Shown one piece after another: positions 17,901 through 27,417 of a DNA stretch of 32,000 nt; within the stretch, counting starts at the first letter, position 1, and every line of letters starts with the position of its first letter. The stretch spans positions 90,001-122,000 of the forward strand of contig CAKTSY010000004.1 in assembly GCA_934613415.1 (NCBI GenBank), read 5' to 3'. Source of the DNA: an uncultured Opitutales bacterium (GTDB lineage: Bacteria; Verrucomicrobiota; Verrucomicrobiia; Opitutales; Intestinicryptomonadaceae). The notes beneath the pieces were generated by a model that ran no database searches, had not been told where the DNA came from, and saw only the letters and a list, made by a program, of their open reading frames with translations. A program made the position numbers and the translations under genes.

Positions 17901-19545
17901 CGTAGTGCAAAGCCCTTTCTTCGGGGAATTTTACCGACGCAAACTTTGTGCTGTCGAGCAGCATTCCGTTTTCGCCTACCGAATTTAAGTCTATACCAAG
18001 CTCGTCTTTAATAAGCCTTCTGGCGTCGGCAAGAGTAATGTCGGCAAAGTTTTCGCCGCTTACAGCCTGAATTAAAGCCGAAACAACCGAAATGGAATTG
18101 CATACCGAAGATTTCGGCTCTATAACCGAGTCGAACTTTTGAATGCGCCACTGGCGGTTTATGTAGCTGCCCGCCTTTTCGAATTCGTTTGCAATAGGCA
18201 GCGTAATTTTTGCCAAAGACGAAAGCTCGTTTTTAATGGTGCCGCAGTAAATTACGTTTACGCTCTTTAGGTCTTTTTGCGAAAAGCCCAAAGCCAACAA
18301 ATCTTCGTCGAAGCTTAAGATAGACGTAATTTCGCCCGCCAACACCTTTTCGCGCAATGCAAGCAAATCGGTTTTGGGATATTCTTTTACCAAACCGCTT
18401 ACAAACGCACCGCGCATATTCGGGGTTCTGTCGGCCGAAACCAGAAAATGGTCGTCTTCGCCGAGGTGGGCGGGAACGTAAACATCAAACTTGCCCTCTT
18501 TTGCCAACTTCGAAACCAAAAACTGCTCTTCAAAAGTTTGGCGCGCGCTTGCTACAATTGCGCATTTGCCAAGCTTTACAATTTCGCAAATTCTGTTTAA
18601 CGCATATTGCGATTCGCAGTCAGACCCGTCTAAATTGGCGCACGAAAGCCTGAACTTTGCATCGGTTTTCTTATACTCGAACCTGCCCGAGTCCGACATC
18701 CACATATCGTTTACGTCGTCGTTGCGGCGAGGGGTTATTCTGTAGATTACGTTTTCGCGCGACCAAACTTTTATATTTGTGCCGGCGCTGCTTTCGGCAG
18801 AAACAGAGTTTGAAACCTTTAAGAACCAAGGCCTCATTTTAAAGCGAAAATCTATGCTTGTAAGCGCGCCCACCGGACAATTGTCTACAATATTCATTAT
18901 GTAGTTGTTGTCGATGCTTTCGGGGTTTAACGCCGCCACGCAGGTTTTGCTGCCGCGCTTTGTAAACGACAAATAGTCTTTGCCCAAAATTTCGCGGCAA
19001 ATGCGTATGCACCTCGAGCACAAAACGCAGCGTTCGTTATCGAGATATATCTTGCCTGCAATATTAGTCTTTTTGGGCTTTACATTCTTTTCTTCAAAAT
19101 AGCGGCTGCTTGGCTTTGCATAGGCATTGCAATATTCCTGCAATTTGCATTCGCCGGCAGCGTCGCATATGGGGCAGTCTAAGGGGTGGTTTGCCAAAAG
19201 GAAATCCAGCGCGCCCTGCCTGCAGCTTTTTACCACGTCGCTATCGGTAATAACGTGCAAATTTTGGCACACTTTTGTGCCGCACGCTATGGCGGGCTTG
19301 GGCATCCAGGCTATTTTTATAGAGCCGTCTTCGTTGTGGATAATTTCCCTTGTCTGCCTGTCTACGGCGGGCATACCTATCTGTATAAGACACATTCTGC
19401 ACGACCCCGCCAACGAAAGCTTGGGGTGATAGCAAAAATGCGGAATTTCTATGCCCAGCGAAGCGCACGCGTCTATTACGTTTTGACCTGCCGCAACTTC
19501 GTAGTCTTTTCCGTTTACGTTAATTAAAACCTTGTCGCTTGCCAT
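17893..19545 (-). CDS. nuoG: NADH-quinone oxidoreductase subunit G (short form, 550 aa)
   Basis: N-terminal 2Fe-2S ferredoxin fold (CYHPKLSLAGSCRMC), HPLDCPICDAAGEC, and CVLCSRCIRIC...CPVGALT. The C-terminal molybdopterin-like domain is short relative to E. coli NuoG. Confidence 0.88.
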   Translation of the reverse strand: MASDKVLINVNGKDYEVAAGQNVIDACASLGIEIPHFCYHPKLSLAGSCRMCLIQIGMPAVDRQTREIIHNEDGSIKIAWMPKPAIACGTKVCQNLHVITDSDVVKSCRQGALDFLLANHPLDCPICDAAGECKLQEYCNAYAKPSSRYFEEKNVKPKKTNIAGKIYLDNERCVLCSRCIRICREILGKDYLSFTKRGSKTCVAALNPESIDNNYIMNIVDNCPVGALTSIDFRFKMRPWFLKVSNSVSAESSAGTNIKVWSRENVIYRITPRRNDDVNDMWMSDSGRFEYKKTDAKFRLSCANLDGSDCESQYALNRICEIVKLGKCAIVASARQTFEEQFLVSKLAKEGKFDVYVPAHLGEDDHFLVSADRTPNMRGAFVSGLVKEYPKTDLLALREKVLAGEITSILSFDEDLLALGFSQKDLKSVNVIYCGTIKNELSSLAKITLPIANEFEKAGSYINRQWRIQKFDSVIEPKSSVCNSISVVSALIQAVSGENFADITLADARRLIKDELGIDLNSVGENGMLLDSTKFASVKFPEERALHYDV

Positions 19546-19549
19546 TGTG

Positions 19550-20908
19550 TTAAATCAGTTTGTACGAGTTATTGTCGAGTCTGGCCATTGTGCCCTCTTT
19601 AAGTTGGCGTTCAATTTTGGCCTCGTATTCGTCTTTGAATTTGCCTACATGGCTTTGAACGGGCCATGCAACAGATTCGCCGTGGGCGCAAATTGTTCTG
19701 CCGCAAATGTTGCCTGCAATAGACAACAGCAAATCTGGGTCTCCCTTGCGGCCGTGGCCTGCGCAAATTCTTTTTGTTATGCGCGAAATCCACAACGAAC
19801 CTTCGCGACACGGTGTGCACTGCCCGCACGATTCGTGTGCATAAAAGGCGTTAAGGTTTGCCAAAGCTTCGGGCATATCTACGGTGTTGTCCATAACTAT
19901 AATGCCGCACGAGCCAATTGCCGTGCCGCAAGCCATAAACGACTGCGCGTCTAGCTTGATATTTTCGGGGGTAATTTCCTTTACATTGCCGTCGGCGTCT
20001 TTAATTGAAATTTTTTCGCCCCACTTAAGGATTTTCATAGAAGACCCACCGGGGATAATAGCCTTAAACGAACGCCCCGGAAGCGGACCTTTGCATACGT
20101 CGTACAAAAGTTCGCCCAAAGTCATAGAACCTGTGGTAATTTCGTAGCGACCCGGGTTTTGAACCTGCCCGCTTACGCCCCAAATGTGTGTGCCGGGGTC
20201 TAACGGCGAACCAATTTTAGAAACGGCTTCGCCGCCCATTCTAAATACGTTGGGAACCCAACAAAGAGATTCAACATTGTTTACAACCGTCGGGCAGTCG
20301 TACAAGCCCATAACTGCGGGGAAATACGGGGGCTTTATTCTGGGATAACCCCTGCCGCCCGCCAAAGACGAAATAAGGCCTGTTTCTTCGCCGCAAACGT
20401 AGCAGCCGCCGCCTCTTACAACGGTAATGTCGCAGGAATATTCGCTTCCGCAAATGTTTTTGCCTACATAGCCCTTTGCTTTTGCCTCTTTAATTGCCTG
20501 CTGCAAAATTCTGTGACCGTTTATATACTCGCCTCTAATATATATAAAGGCGTGTTCGGCGTTAATTGCATAGGCGGTACACATTATGGCCTCTACCAAC
20601 TGGTGGGGGTCTTCGTATACTATTTTGCGGTCTTTGCAAGTTCCGGGTTCGGATTCGTCGGAGTTGCAAATAAGGTAAATAGGCTTGCCGCTTTTTCTGT
20701 CGAGAAACTTCCATTTCATACCTATTGGGAAGCCCGCGCCGCCGCGCCCCCTTAGCTTAGACTTTTCCATTTCGGCGCAAAGTTCGGCTTTGTCGCGCTT
20801 TACGGTGTCTTTAAGGGTTGTATAGCCGCCGTCCGATTCGTATTTGTCGATGGAGGTGTTCCAACCTTCAAGGCCTATGTGTTTGTAGATTATTCTGTTT
20901 TCGGCCAT
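19550..20908 (-). CDS. nuoF: NADH-quinone oxidoreductase subunit F
   Basis: GRGGAGFP FMN/NADH-site motif and ESCGQCTPCREG 4Fe-4S motif. Confidence 0.92.
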   Translation of the reverse strand: MAENRIIYKHIGLEGWNTSIDKYESDGGYTTLKDTVKRDKAELCAEMEKSKLRGRGGAGFPIGMKWKFLDRKSGKPIYLICNSDESEPGTCKDRKIVYEDPHQLVEAIMCTAYAINAEHAFIYIRGEYINGHRILQQAIKEAKAKGYVGKNICGSEYSCDITVVRGGGCYVCGEETGLISSLAGGRGYPRIKPPYFPAVMGLYDCPTVVNNVESLCWVPNVFRMGGEAVSKIGSPLDPGTHIWGVSGQVQNPGRYEITTGSMTLGELLYDVCKGPLPGRSFKAIIPGGSSMKILKWGEKISIKDADGNVKEITPENIKLDAQSFMACGTAIGSCGIIVMDNTVDMPEALANLNAFYAHESCGQCTPCREGSLWISRITKRICAGHGRKGDPDLLLSIAGNICGRTICAHGESVAWPVQSHVGKFKDEYEAKIERQLKEGTMARLDNNSYKLI

Positions 20909-20914
20909 AACAAA

Positions 20915-21466
20915 TTATCCTTTATATGCGGGGTTTTCGAAATCGCCCGCGCCCTGCGGGGCGTCGTGCATTGTGGCGGGTTTAAGTTCGCCAGCAGCGT
21001 CCATAGCCTTTATTTGCTCTAAAAACTTGCCAGCCTTATCGGGCGTTACCGAGTCGAAAAGCTTGTCGTTTACCTGAACGTTGGGGCCCTTTACGCAGTT
21101 GCCCAAGCATTCAACAAATTCTAAAGTGTAGATGCCTTTTGTGGAATTCATAGGCATATCCAATTCTTTGGAGATTGCGTCTGCCAAGTTTATCGAGCCA
21201 GCAAGCGCGCACGAAAGCGTTCTGCACACTTTAATGTGTATTCTGGCATTTTTTTCCTTTGTAAACATCGGGTAAAACGACATCATTCCGTAAACTTCGA
21301 TAGGCTCAATCGAAAGCTTGTCGGCAATATACTTAATGGCGTCGTCGTCGAAAAAGCCGAAAGTTTCCTGCATTAGATGCATAAGCATCATTGCCGCCGA
21401 TTTCTTCTTCGGGTATTCGGCAATAATCTCGTCGGCTCTTTTATCGATTTCGGGAGTTATTTGCAT
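20915..21466 (-). CDS. nuoE: NADH-quinone oxidoreductase subunit E
   Basis: Thioredoxin-like 2Fe-2S pattern CRTLSC...ECLGNC. 183 aa. Positioned between nuoD and nuoF. Confidence 0.88.
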   Translation of the reverse strand: MQITPEIDKRADEIIAEYPKKKSAAMMLMHLMQETFGFFDDDAIKYIADKLSIEPIEVYGMMSFYPMFTKEKNARIHIKVCRTLSCALAGSINLADAISKELDMPMNSTKGIYTLEFVECLGNCVKGPNVQVNDKLFDSVTPDKAGKFLEQIKAMDAAGELKPATMHDAPQGAGDFENPAYKG

Positions 21467-21487
21467 AATATAAAACCTCTCAATAAA

Positions 21488-22684
21488 TTATCTGTCGCAC
21501 TCGCCCAAAACAAAGTCGAGCGAACCGAGAATTGCCGTTATGTCGGTAAGCATATGTCCGGGCAATAGTTCGGGCAAAATGCTTAGGCTTGCAAACGAAG
21601 GAGATTCAACCTTAACCCTGTAGGGAACGCCGCCGCCTTTCGAAACAATATAAAAGCCCAAATTACCCTTGGGGTTTTCTGCCTGAAAATAGGCTTCGCC
21701 TTCTCTGATGTAGGGGCCTTGGGTTGTAACGGTAAAGTCTTGAATAAGGCACGAAATTTGCGTCATAACGTCTTTCTTAGACGGCAGATATATTTTTGTG
21801 TCGTCTATGTGCCATGCGCCCTGCGGCATTTTTTCGATTGCCTGACGTATAATGTTTATGCTCTGGCGCATTTCCTCCATACGAACAAGCCATCTGTCGT
21901 AGCAGTCTCCCTTCGAGCCAACGGGAATTTCGAATTCGTAGTTTTCGTAGCCCGAATAGGGGAAAACTTTTCGCATATCGGTATCTATGCCACTGCCCCT
22001 TAGGTTTGGACCTGTAAGGTTATACGACATTGCCGTTTTTGCGCTTATTATGCCAATGCCCGCCGTTCTTTCTATAAATATGCGGTTGCGGGTCATCAAA
22101 GCGTCGAATTCGTCCATAAACGAAATGAACTGCGTTGCAAAGTCGCTTACAGCCCCCAACCAGCCGTCGGGAATATCACGCGAAAGCCCGCCAATTCTTG
22201 TAAACGAAGTTGTTAGCCTTGCACCCGTTAAAGCTTCAATTAAAGTGTAAATCTTTTCCCTTTGCGTATAGCAATACATAAAGGCGGTTGTCGCGCCAAC
22301 GTCTAGCGAATAGGCGGCCAAACCAACCAAGTGGCTGGAAATTCTCGAAAGCTCGCAGGCTATAACCCTTATTGCCTTGCATCTGTCGGGAACTTCTACG
22401 CCGGCAAGCTTTTCTACACACAAAGCGTAGGCAACGTTGTTGCAGATAGACGCCAAATAGTCCATTCTGTCGGTATAGGGAACAAACTGGTTGTAGGTAA
22501 GGTTTTCGGCAACCTTTTCCATACCCCTGTGCAACTGCCCTATAACGGGCTCGCATGCGGTAATTTCGTCGCCATCCAGTTCAAGAACAAGCCTTAAAAC
22601 GCCGTGCGTTGTAGGGTGCGAAGGCCCAACATTTATAACCATTTTGTCGCCGAGTCTTTCGGCGGGAAAATTCTTTTCGCTCAT
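21488..22684 (-). CDS. nuoD: NADH-quinone oxidoreductase subunit D
   Basis: 398 aa with N-terminal GPSHPTTHGVLRL and a 49-kDa-subunit-type C-terminus ...LDFVLGECDR. AGGAG Shine-Dalgarno sequence upstream. Confidence 0.92.
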   Translation of the reverse strand: MSEKNFPAERLGDKMVINVGPSHPTTHGVLRLVLELDGDEITACEPVIGQLHRGMEKVAENLTYNQFVPYTDRMDYLASICNNVAYALCVEKLAGVEVPDRCKAIRVIACELSRISSHLVGLAAYSLDVGATTAFMYCYTQREKIYTLIEALTGARLTTSFTRIGGLSRDIPDGWLGAVSDFATQFISFMDEFDALMTRNRIFIERTAGIGIISAKTAMSYNLTGPNLRGSGIDTDMRKVFPYSGYENYEFEIPVGSKGDCYDRWLVRMEEMRQSINIIRQAIEKMPQGAWHIDDTKIYLPSKKDVMTQISCLIQDFTVTTQGPYIREGEAYFQAENPKGNLGFYIVSKGGGVPYRVKVESPSFASLSILPELLPGHMLTDITAILGSLDFVLGECDR

Positions 22685-22696
22685 AATAAAATACTC

Positions 22697-23269
22697 CTAT
22701 TGACGGCTTCGCGGTTCTCTGTCGGCGGTAAACTTTTCGCCGCTGTTTGAATGGAAAGGCCCGCCAACCCACGGGGCAGGCGTTATGGTTGTTGCAGTTT
22801 CGTTGCCTTCAAAAGATTCGGGCAACGGGGCTTCTTTGCCAGCCAAGGGGAAATCTTTTTGCAACGGGTGCCATGGATACGCGTCCCACATAAGAATTCT
22901 CTTTAGGTTCGGGTGGCCTTCAAAAACAATGCCCATAAGGTCGAAAGCTTCGCGCTCTTGCCAGTTTGCAGACTTATAAACCCCCGTAAGGCTGGGGAAT
23001 TTGCCGTTGCTGCTTGTGCTTTTAAGCCTTAAATATTCTTTGTTTGCATGCGAAAGGAAAACGCATACAACCGAAAATCTGTTTTCGGTTAAATTGGCCC
23101 CGTTGTCTAACGAAGCCAAATCGCTAAGGGTTTCAAACGAGAACGAATCGCGCAACTTTTGGGCGTATTCGGCAAGCTTTTCGGAGGGGCAAATAAAAGA
23201 TTTTATGCCGTCTTGCGTTGTATATTCGCTTAAATCGGGCATTGCCGCTAGTATATCTTCGGTTTTCAT
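22697..23269 (-). CDS. nuoC: NADH-quinone oxidoreductase subunit C
   Basis: 190 aa with the 30-kDa-subunit motif ANWQEREAFDLMGIVFEGHP. Separate from nuoD, not fused. Confidence 0.9.
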   Translation of the reverse strand: MKTEDILAAMPDLSEYTTQDGIKSFICPSEKLAEYAQKLRDSFSFETLSDLASLDNGANLTENRFSVVCVFLSHANKEYLRLKSTSSNGKFPSLTGVYKSANWQEREAFDLMGIVFEGHPNLKRILMWDAYPWHPLQKDFPLAGKEAPLPESFEGNETATTITPAPWVGGPFHSNSGEKFTADREPRSRQ

Positions 23270-23272
23270 ATA

Positions 23273-23782
23273 TTATCTGGCCTTAAACAAATCAACCGCG
23301 CCGTGGGTTGTTCTAATTTTCTTTTGCAAACTTACCAAAGCGTCTAGCAACGCTTCGGGACGGGACGGGCACCCCGCCAAATAAATGTCTACGGGAATGA
23401 TTTTGTCTACACCCTGCAAGGTCGAATAAGTTCTAAACATACCGCCCGAGCAAGCGCAAGCTCCCATAGCAATAACCCATTTGGGAGCCGCCATTTGATC
23501 GTAAACCCTCTTTACCGAGCCCGCCATTTTATAGGTTACAGTGCCCGAAACAATCATACAATCGGCCTGACGGGGCGAAAACCTCATAACCTCCATACCG
23601 AAACGGCCAATGTCGAAGCGGGAGTCTGCAGCTCCCATAAGTTCTATGGCGCAACAAGCCAAGCCCATAGGCTGGGGCCAAATTGAGTTGGAACGTACCC
23701 AGTTTACCAGTGCGTCGAGCTTTGAATATATAAAGCCCGTTCCGCTCGATACGTCGAAATTTTGCTGAACAACCTTAGTCAT
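23273..23782 (-). CDS. nuoB: NADH-quinone oxidoreductase subunit B
   Basis: N2-cluster motifs [16 protein letters not shown] and GCPSRPE. It is the first gene of the cluster, with no nuoA upstream. Confidence 0.92.
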   Translation of the reverse strand: MTKVVQQNFDVSSGTGFIYSKLDALVNWVRSNSIWPQPMGLACCAIELMGAADSRFDIGRFGMEVMRFSPRQADCMIVSGTVTYKMAGSVKRVYDQMAAPKWVIAMGACACSGGMFRTYSTLQGVDKIIPVDIYLAGCPSRPEALLDALVSLQKKIRTTHGAVDLFKAR

Positions 23783-23886
23783 AAAAATAAGTCGGCATTT
23801 TCAATCAAACATTGCGCACTTTCAAGCATTTTTTTTAAGATAAAATTGCTTTACAAACGTAGAAAATAAGCCTAGCTTGGGCATGT
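23783..23886. promoter_or_regulatory. Divergent promoter region (nuo operon leftward, 488-aa orphan operon rightward)
   Basis: 104-nt gap between divergent start codons. Minus-strand candidate: TTGAAA, 17 nt, GAAAAT, ending 14 nt before the nuoB ATG. Repeats of GCA(T/C)TTT occur at 23795, 23816 and 23826. Picked by eye only. Confidence 0.4.
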
Positions 23887-25353
23887 ATGAGAATCGCCAG
23901 ACGCTTTTTTTTGCCGCTTTTTATGTTGTTTGCGGCAGCCAACTTGTTAATCGCTAAACCTTTTGCAGTGGTTTCGCTGGAAAATCCGAAGACATTTTCG
24001 CAAAAAATTCTTTCGGTAGTAAAAGTGCTTTCGCCCGAAGACTACCAAAATACCGAGCTTATGCTTGCCACGCAGCTTGCTATGTTCGGCTATCCGGATT
24101 TCGACGGCATAGACCTTTCTAAAAACGTAATAATAGGCTTTTACCAAAATAAAGACGCCGTAGATACTTACATTTCCATTAAGGCCGACAAAAACTCGCG
24201 CTTTTGCGCAGCGCTTAAGCTTTTGTCGGATATGTCTAAGGCACAGGGCACAAACTTCCCTCGCTTCGACAACATAAACGGCTACACGATTTTGTCTTTT
24301 AGCCAAAACCCCGTTTCGCCCGAAATTGCCGCCGAATTGGCAAAGCTTGCCGACAAAAAAACCGGTCTTTTGGCGGAATGCACGTTCAGAATGCCAGAAT
24401 TAACAAAAAGCACTTGGCAAAGTATGCAAACGCTATACTTAAACCCCGACTTTTTAGATTCGCTAAGCCAGTTTTTTGCCGACTTTGAAGATTTATGCGT
24501 GCAATTCGACATTTCGCCCGAAATTGCAACTTTAAACTTTTTGTGCAACACAAACAAAAATTCTAAATTGGCGGCCATTTTAGACAAGCCCATAAGCAAA
24601 AGCTCCGTAGAGTATTGCCGCTATTTTGAAGATTGCGAATTTTATATGCTGGCCTTCGGCAAAAACGACGCAAAACTAAACGAATATTTCGGCACAATAT
24701 TTGTCGAAAAAATGTTGCCTACGCTGGTAAAAGACAAGTCGCAGCTTAAAGAGCTTTCCGATATGGTGTTTAAATACGCAAACTTTGAAAACGAAGTTGC
24801 GCTGTATACCGACTTAAACTCGCAAATATCGCTTGCAAAAACCAACGCAACCGAAAGCGAAATAGAAAAGCTGCTTACATTTGCCGACAAGCTTAATTTT
24901 ATGAATATAGTGAATTTGCCGGCGGGCAAAGATGATGACCCACAGTTGCCGCAAATATCGTACAAAACTGAAAAGATTAATGTTAACGGCAAATCGATTT
25001 TAAAATTTTCGGCATCGGTAAACGGCGAAGCTGCCGACACTTTGTACTACACTTTGGCAGACAAAACCCTTATAAACGCAAAGTCGCAGGAAAACGCCGT
25101 AGCCTATGCAGATAAAATCGAAAAGAAACAGTTTGCAAAAAACCCCGTTATATGCGATTTAGACGGGCAATACAGATTTCTTGCCTGCGGTAAAAACAGA
25201 GAAATTTTTGCCGACTGCAACGTTTATTATAATAAGGGAACAGTTAAAGCCCTTTCGGTTCTGCCAATGAAAAACCTGCAAAAGCTGCAGCAAGTTATAA
25301 TGGGCTATGCCGCAAAAATAAAAGAGCAGGCACAATTGCAGGAAGACGAATAA
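23887..25353 (+). CDS. Secreted hypothetical protein, 488 aa, no recognised family
   Basis: Long ORF with ordinary composition. N-terminal signal peptide MRIARRFFLPLFMLFAAANLLIAKP. I could identify no catalytic or repeat motif. Confidence 0.75.
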   Translation: MRIARRFFLPLFMLFAAANLLIAKPFAVVSLENPKTFSQKILSVVKVLSPEDYQNTELMLATQLAMFGYPDFDGIDLSKNVIIGFYQNKDAVDTYISIKADKNSRFCAALKLLSDMSKAQGTNFPRFDNINGYTILSFSQNPVSPEIAAELAKLADKKTGLLAECTFRMPELTKSTWQSMQTLYLNPDFLDSLSQFFADFEDLCVQFDISPEIATLNFLCNTNKNSKLAAILDKPISKSSVEYCRYFEDCEFYMLAFGKNDAKLNEYFGTIFVEKMLPTLVKDKSQLKELSDMVFKYANFENEVALYTDLNSQISLAKTNATESEIEKLLTFADKLNFMNIVNLPAGKDDDPQLPQISYKTEKINVNGKSILKFSASVNGEAADTLYYTLADKTLINAKSQENAVAYADKIEKKQFAKNPVICDLDGQYRFLACGKNREIFADCNVYYNKGTVKALSVLPMKNLQKLQQVIMGYAAKIKEQAQLQEDE

Positions 25354-25372
25354 ACTTTTGCCTTTTTCACAA

Positions 25373-25843
25373 ATGCAAAACAACAACAATATTTTCGACG
25401 AACTTGAGGGCCTTTTAAAAGGCTTTGGCAGGCCTTCGTGGGACGAATATTTTATGTCGGTGGCGATACTTGTTGCGGCAAGGTCGTCGTGCCACAGGCT
25501 TAATGTGGGCTGCGTTTTAGTTAGCGACAACGAACACAAAAACCGCATTATAGCAGCAGGCTACAACGGCTTTTTGGCGGGATTGCCCCACAGCTCGAAG
25601 GTAAGAGACGGGCACGAACAAGCGACAGTTCACGCCGAGCAAAACGCCATTAGCGACGCAGCCCGCAGGGGAATTAGCGTGGAAAATTCGGTTGCCTACA
25701 TTACGCATTTCCCCTGCATAAACTGCGCAAAAATTTTGGCGGCAAGCGGCGTAAAATCTATAAAATACCATCACGACTATAATAACGACCCTCTTGTATT
25801 CGAACTTTTAAAAGACGCCGATATAGACATTGTTCAAATATGA
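25373..25843 (+). CDS. Deoxycytidylate (dCMP) deaminase / ComEB-type cytidine-deoxycytidylate deaminase
   Basis: Zinc motifs HAEQNA and PCINCAK, preceded by WDEYFM. ATG at 25373 is preferred. The ORF-track start at 25358 is a TTG. Confidence 0.88.
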   Translation: MQNNNNIFDELEGLLKGFGRPSWDEYFMSVAILVAARSSCHRLNVGCVLVSDNEHKNRIIAAGYNGFLAGLPHSSKVRDGHEQATVHAEQNAISDAARRGISVENSVAYITHFPCINCAKILAASGVKSIKYHHDYNNDPLVFELLKDADIDIVQI

Positions 25844-26391
25844 AAAGCGAAAAAACCGACAGAACCTGGTCGTTTTTGGCGGCTTCGCCAACCTTAAACG
25901 ACATATCTTTTGAAGAAAGTGTTGTTCTTTTGCTTGAAGATAACGACGAAAATTCCTTCGGCATTATAATAAATAAACCGCTTGGCAAAACTTTGGGCGA
26001 AATAGACGAAAAATTCGAGTTTTCGCCCTTGGCAAACATACCCGTATTTTTGGGCGGGCCCGTTAGCAAAGACAAATTCAGCATTGTTGTTTGGCGCGAA
26101 AATTCCGAAAACGTGTGCAACTTTAGCTTTGGCATTACCGCCCAAAAAGCCGAGGAATTTTTGGCGGAGTTCCCCGATGCAAAAGCCGGTGTGTTTATGG
26201 GTTATGCCGCATGGGAAAAAGACCAGCTGTCGTCCGAAATAGAGCAGAAAACCTGGTATGTGTCGAAGGTAGACGAGCGCTTTATTTTAAGCGAAAACTG
26301 CGAAAGTTTGTGGAGCGACATTCTCTGCAAAGAACACCCGCAGTTTAATTTGCTGCGGCATAAAAACTACATAGATTTGCAATCGAATTAA
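25840..26391 (+). CDS. YqgE/AlgH family protein (UPF0301)
   Basis: FEESVVLLLEDNDENSFGIIINKPL, PVFLGGPV and GYAAWEKDQLSSEIEQKTWYV match the AlgH/YqgE pattern. The start overlaps the deaminase stop (ATGA). Confidence 0.85.
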   Translation: MKSEKTDRTWSFLAASPTLNDISFEESVVLLLEDNDENSFGIIINKPLGKTLGEIDEKFEFSPLANIPVFLGGPVSKDKFSIVVWRENSENVCNFSFGITAQKAEEFLAEFPDAKAGVFMGYAAWEKDQLSSEIEQKTWYVSKVDERFILSENCESLWSDILCKEHPQFNLLRHKNYIDLQSN

Positions 26392-26424
26392 AACGCACTA
26401 AGCACTTGCTAAAAAATAATGTAC

Positions 26425-26462
26425 AAAAAAACGTCGGCAAAAGCAAATGCCGGCGTTTTTTT
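26425..26462. terminator. Bidirectional intrinsic terminator between convergent genes
   Basis: Stem ACGTCGGC (26431-26438) pairs with GCCGGCGT (26449-26456), including one G-U pair, around a 10-nt loop. It is flanked by an A-run (26425-26430) and a T-run (26456-26462). It lies between the yqgE-like stop and the fmt stop. Confidence 0.8.
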
Positions 26463-26463
26463 A

Positions 26464-27408
26464 TTAAACTTGCTTTAAAAGCGGCGCATTGTGTTTAAAG
26501 GCTATTTGCAAATTGCCGTCAAACTTAAATCCCTGCAAAAATTGGGAAATGTCCATCGCCTTGGCGCACGGTTTTTGTATTGTCTGCACAACCAAATACG
26601 AATCTTTTGCCGAAATTTTAAGAGAGTTTGCCCCTACAAATATTTCGCCCATATGTTTGGGGCTGCCTTCGCAAAAATCGGCTTTCAATATTTTTAGCAT
26701 AATGCCATTATATTCAAAAATTCCGCAACCGAACGCCCCTATTCTTGCGCAAATTTCGGCGGCGGTAAGCGAAAAATCTATATACAAATCGTCCTTAAAA
26801 AATTTGCGCGTATAGGTGGCTTTGCTTTCGTCTTGCTCGGTAAAAACAAGGCTTTTTTGCTCTATTGCAGTCAAGTTTTTCTCCAACAACTCGGCGGCTG
26901 CAATTCCCATTTTTTCCCTAAGCGTTTTGGCGGTGTCATTGGCTGCAATTTCCACTAAAACGGTATCGGCAACCGCGCCTGCGTCCATCTTTTTTACAAT
27001 GCGCATAAGGCTTACACCCGTTGTTTTGCGTCGCAAAGCCAGCGCGCTTTCTATGGGCGAAGCCCCCCTAAACTCGGGCAAAATAGAACCGTGCAAATTC
27101 AGGCAAAGCAACTCTGGGTAGTTTATAATTGCGTCCTTTAAAATAGAGCCGTACGCCATTACAACAATCGAATTTACGCCGAGTTTTTTAAACTCTTCAA
27201 TAAGCGAATTTTCGTTATTTTTTTCGGGTCTAAAAAGGGTTATGTTGTGCTCTAGCGCGTATGCGCTTATGTCGTTAGGCGAAAGCTTGTTGCCCCTGCC
27301 CTTCGGCTTGTCGGGGTTGCTTACAACACAGGCAAGCACGCCGCGTTTTCCCAGCATTTCTATGCTAGGCAGCGCAATTTTATCGGAAGCGAAAAAGGCA
27401 ACTTTCAT
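26464..27408 (-). CDS. fmt: Methionyl-tRNA formyltransferase
   Basis: MKVAFFAS N-terminus, PDKPKGRG, and HGSILPEFRGASPIESAL (Fmt catalytic loop with the HxSLLP-like motif). ATG at 27408 is preferred over the TTG at 27414. Confidence 0.9.
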   Translation of the reverse strand: MKVAFFASDKIALPSIEMLGKRGVLACVVSNPDKPKGRGNKLSPNDISAYALEHNITLFRPEKNNENSLIEEFKKLGVNSIVVMAYGSILKDAIINYPELLCLNLHGSILPEFRGASPIESALALRRKTTGVSLMRIVKKMDAGAVADTVLVEIAANDTAKTLREKMGIAAAELLEKNLTAIEQKSLVFTEQDESKATYTRKFFKDDLYIDFSLTAAEICARIGAFGCGIFEYNGIMLKILKADFCEGSPKHMGEIFVGANSLKISAKDSYLVVQTIQKPCAKAMDISQFLQGFKFDGNLQIAFKHNAPLLKQV

Positions 27409-27417
27409 ACACAAAAA

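Noticed and set aside
23947-24306. 119-aa minus-strand ORF upstream of nuoB, considered as a possible displaced nuoA
   Set aside because: The sequence is highly basic (R/K-rich) with no three-helix hydrophobic pattern, and it lies antisense within the well-supported 488-aa gene. It is not NuoA-like.
24282-25548. Minus-strand ORFs 24282-24599, 24642-25040 and 25159-25548 inside or around the 488-aa gene
   Set aside because: They are Ser/Phe-rich antisense frames with no start context, fully overlapped by plus-strand genes of better composition.
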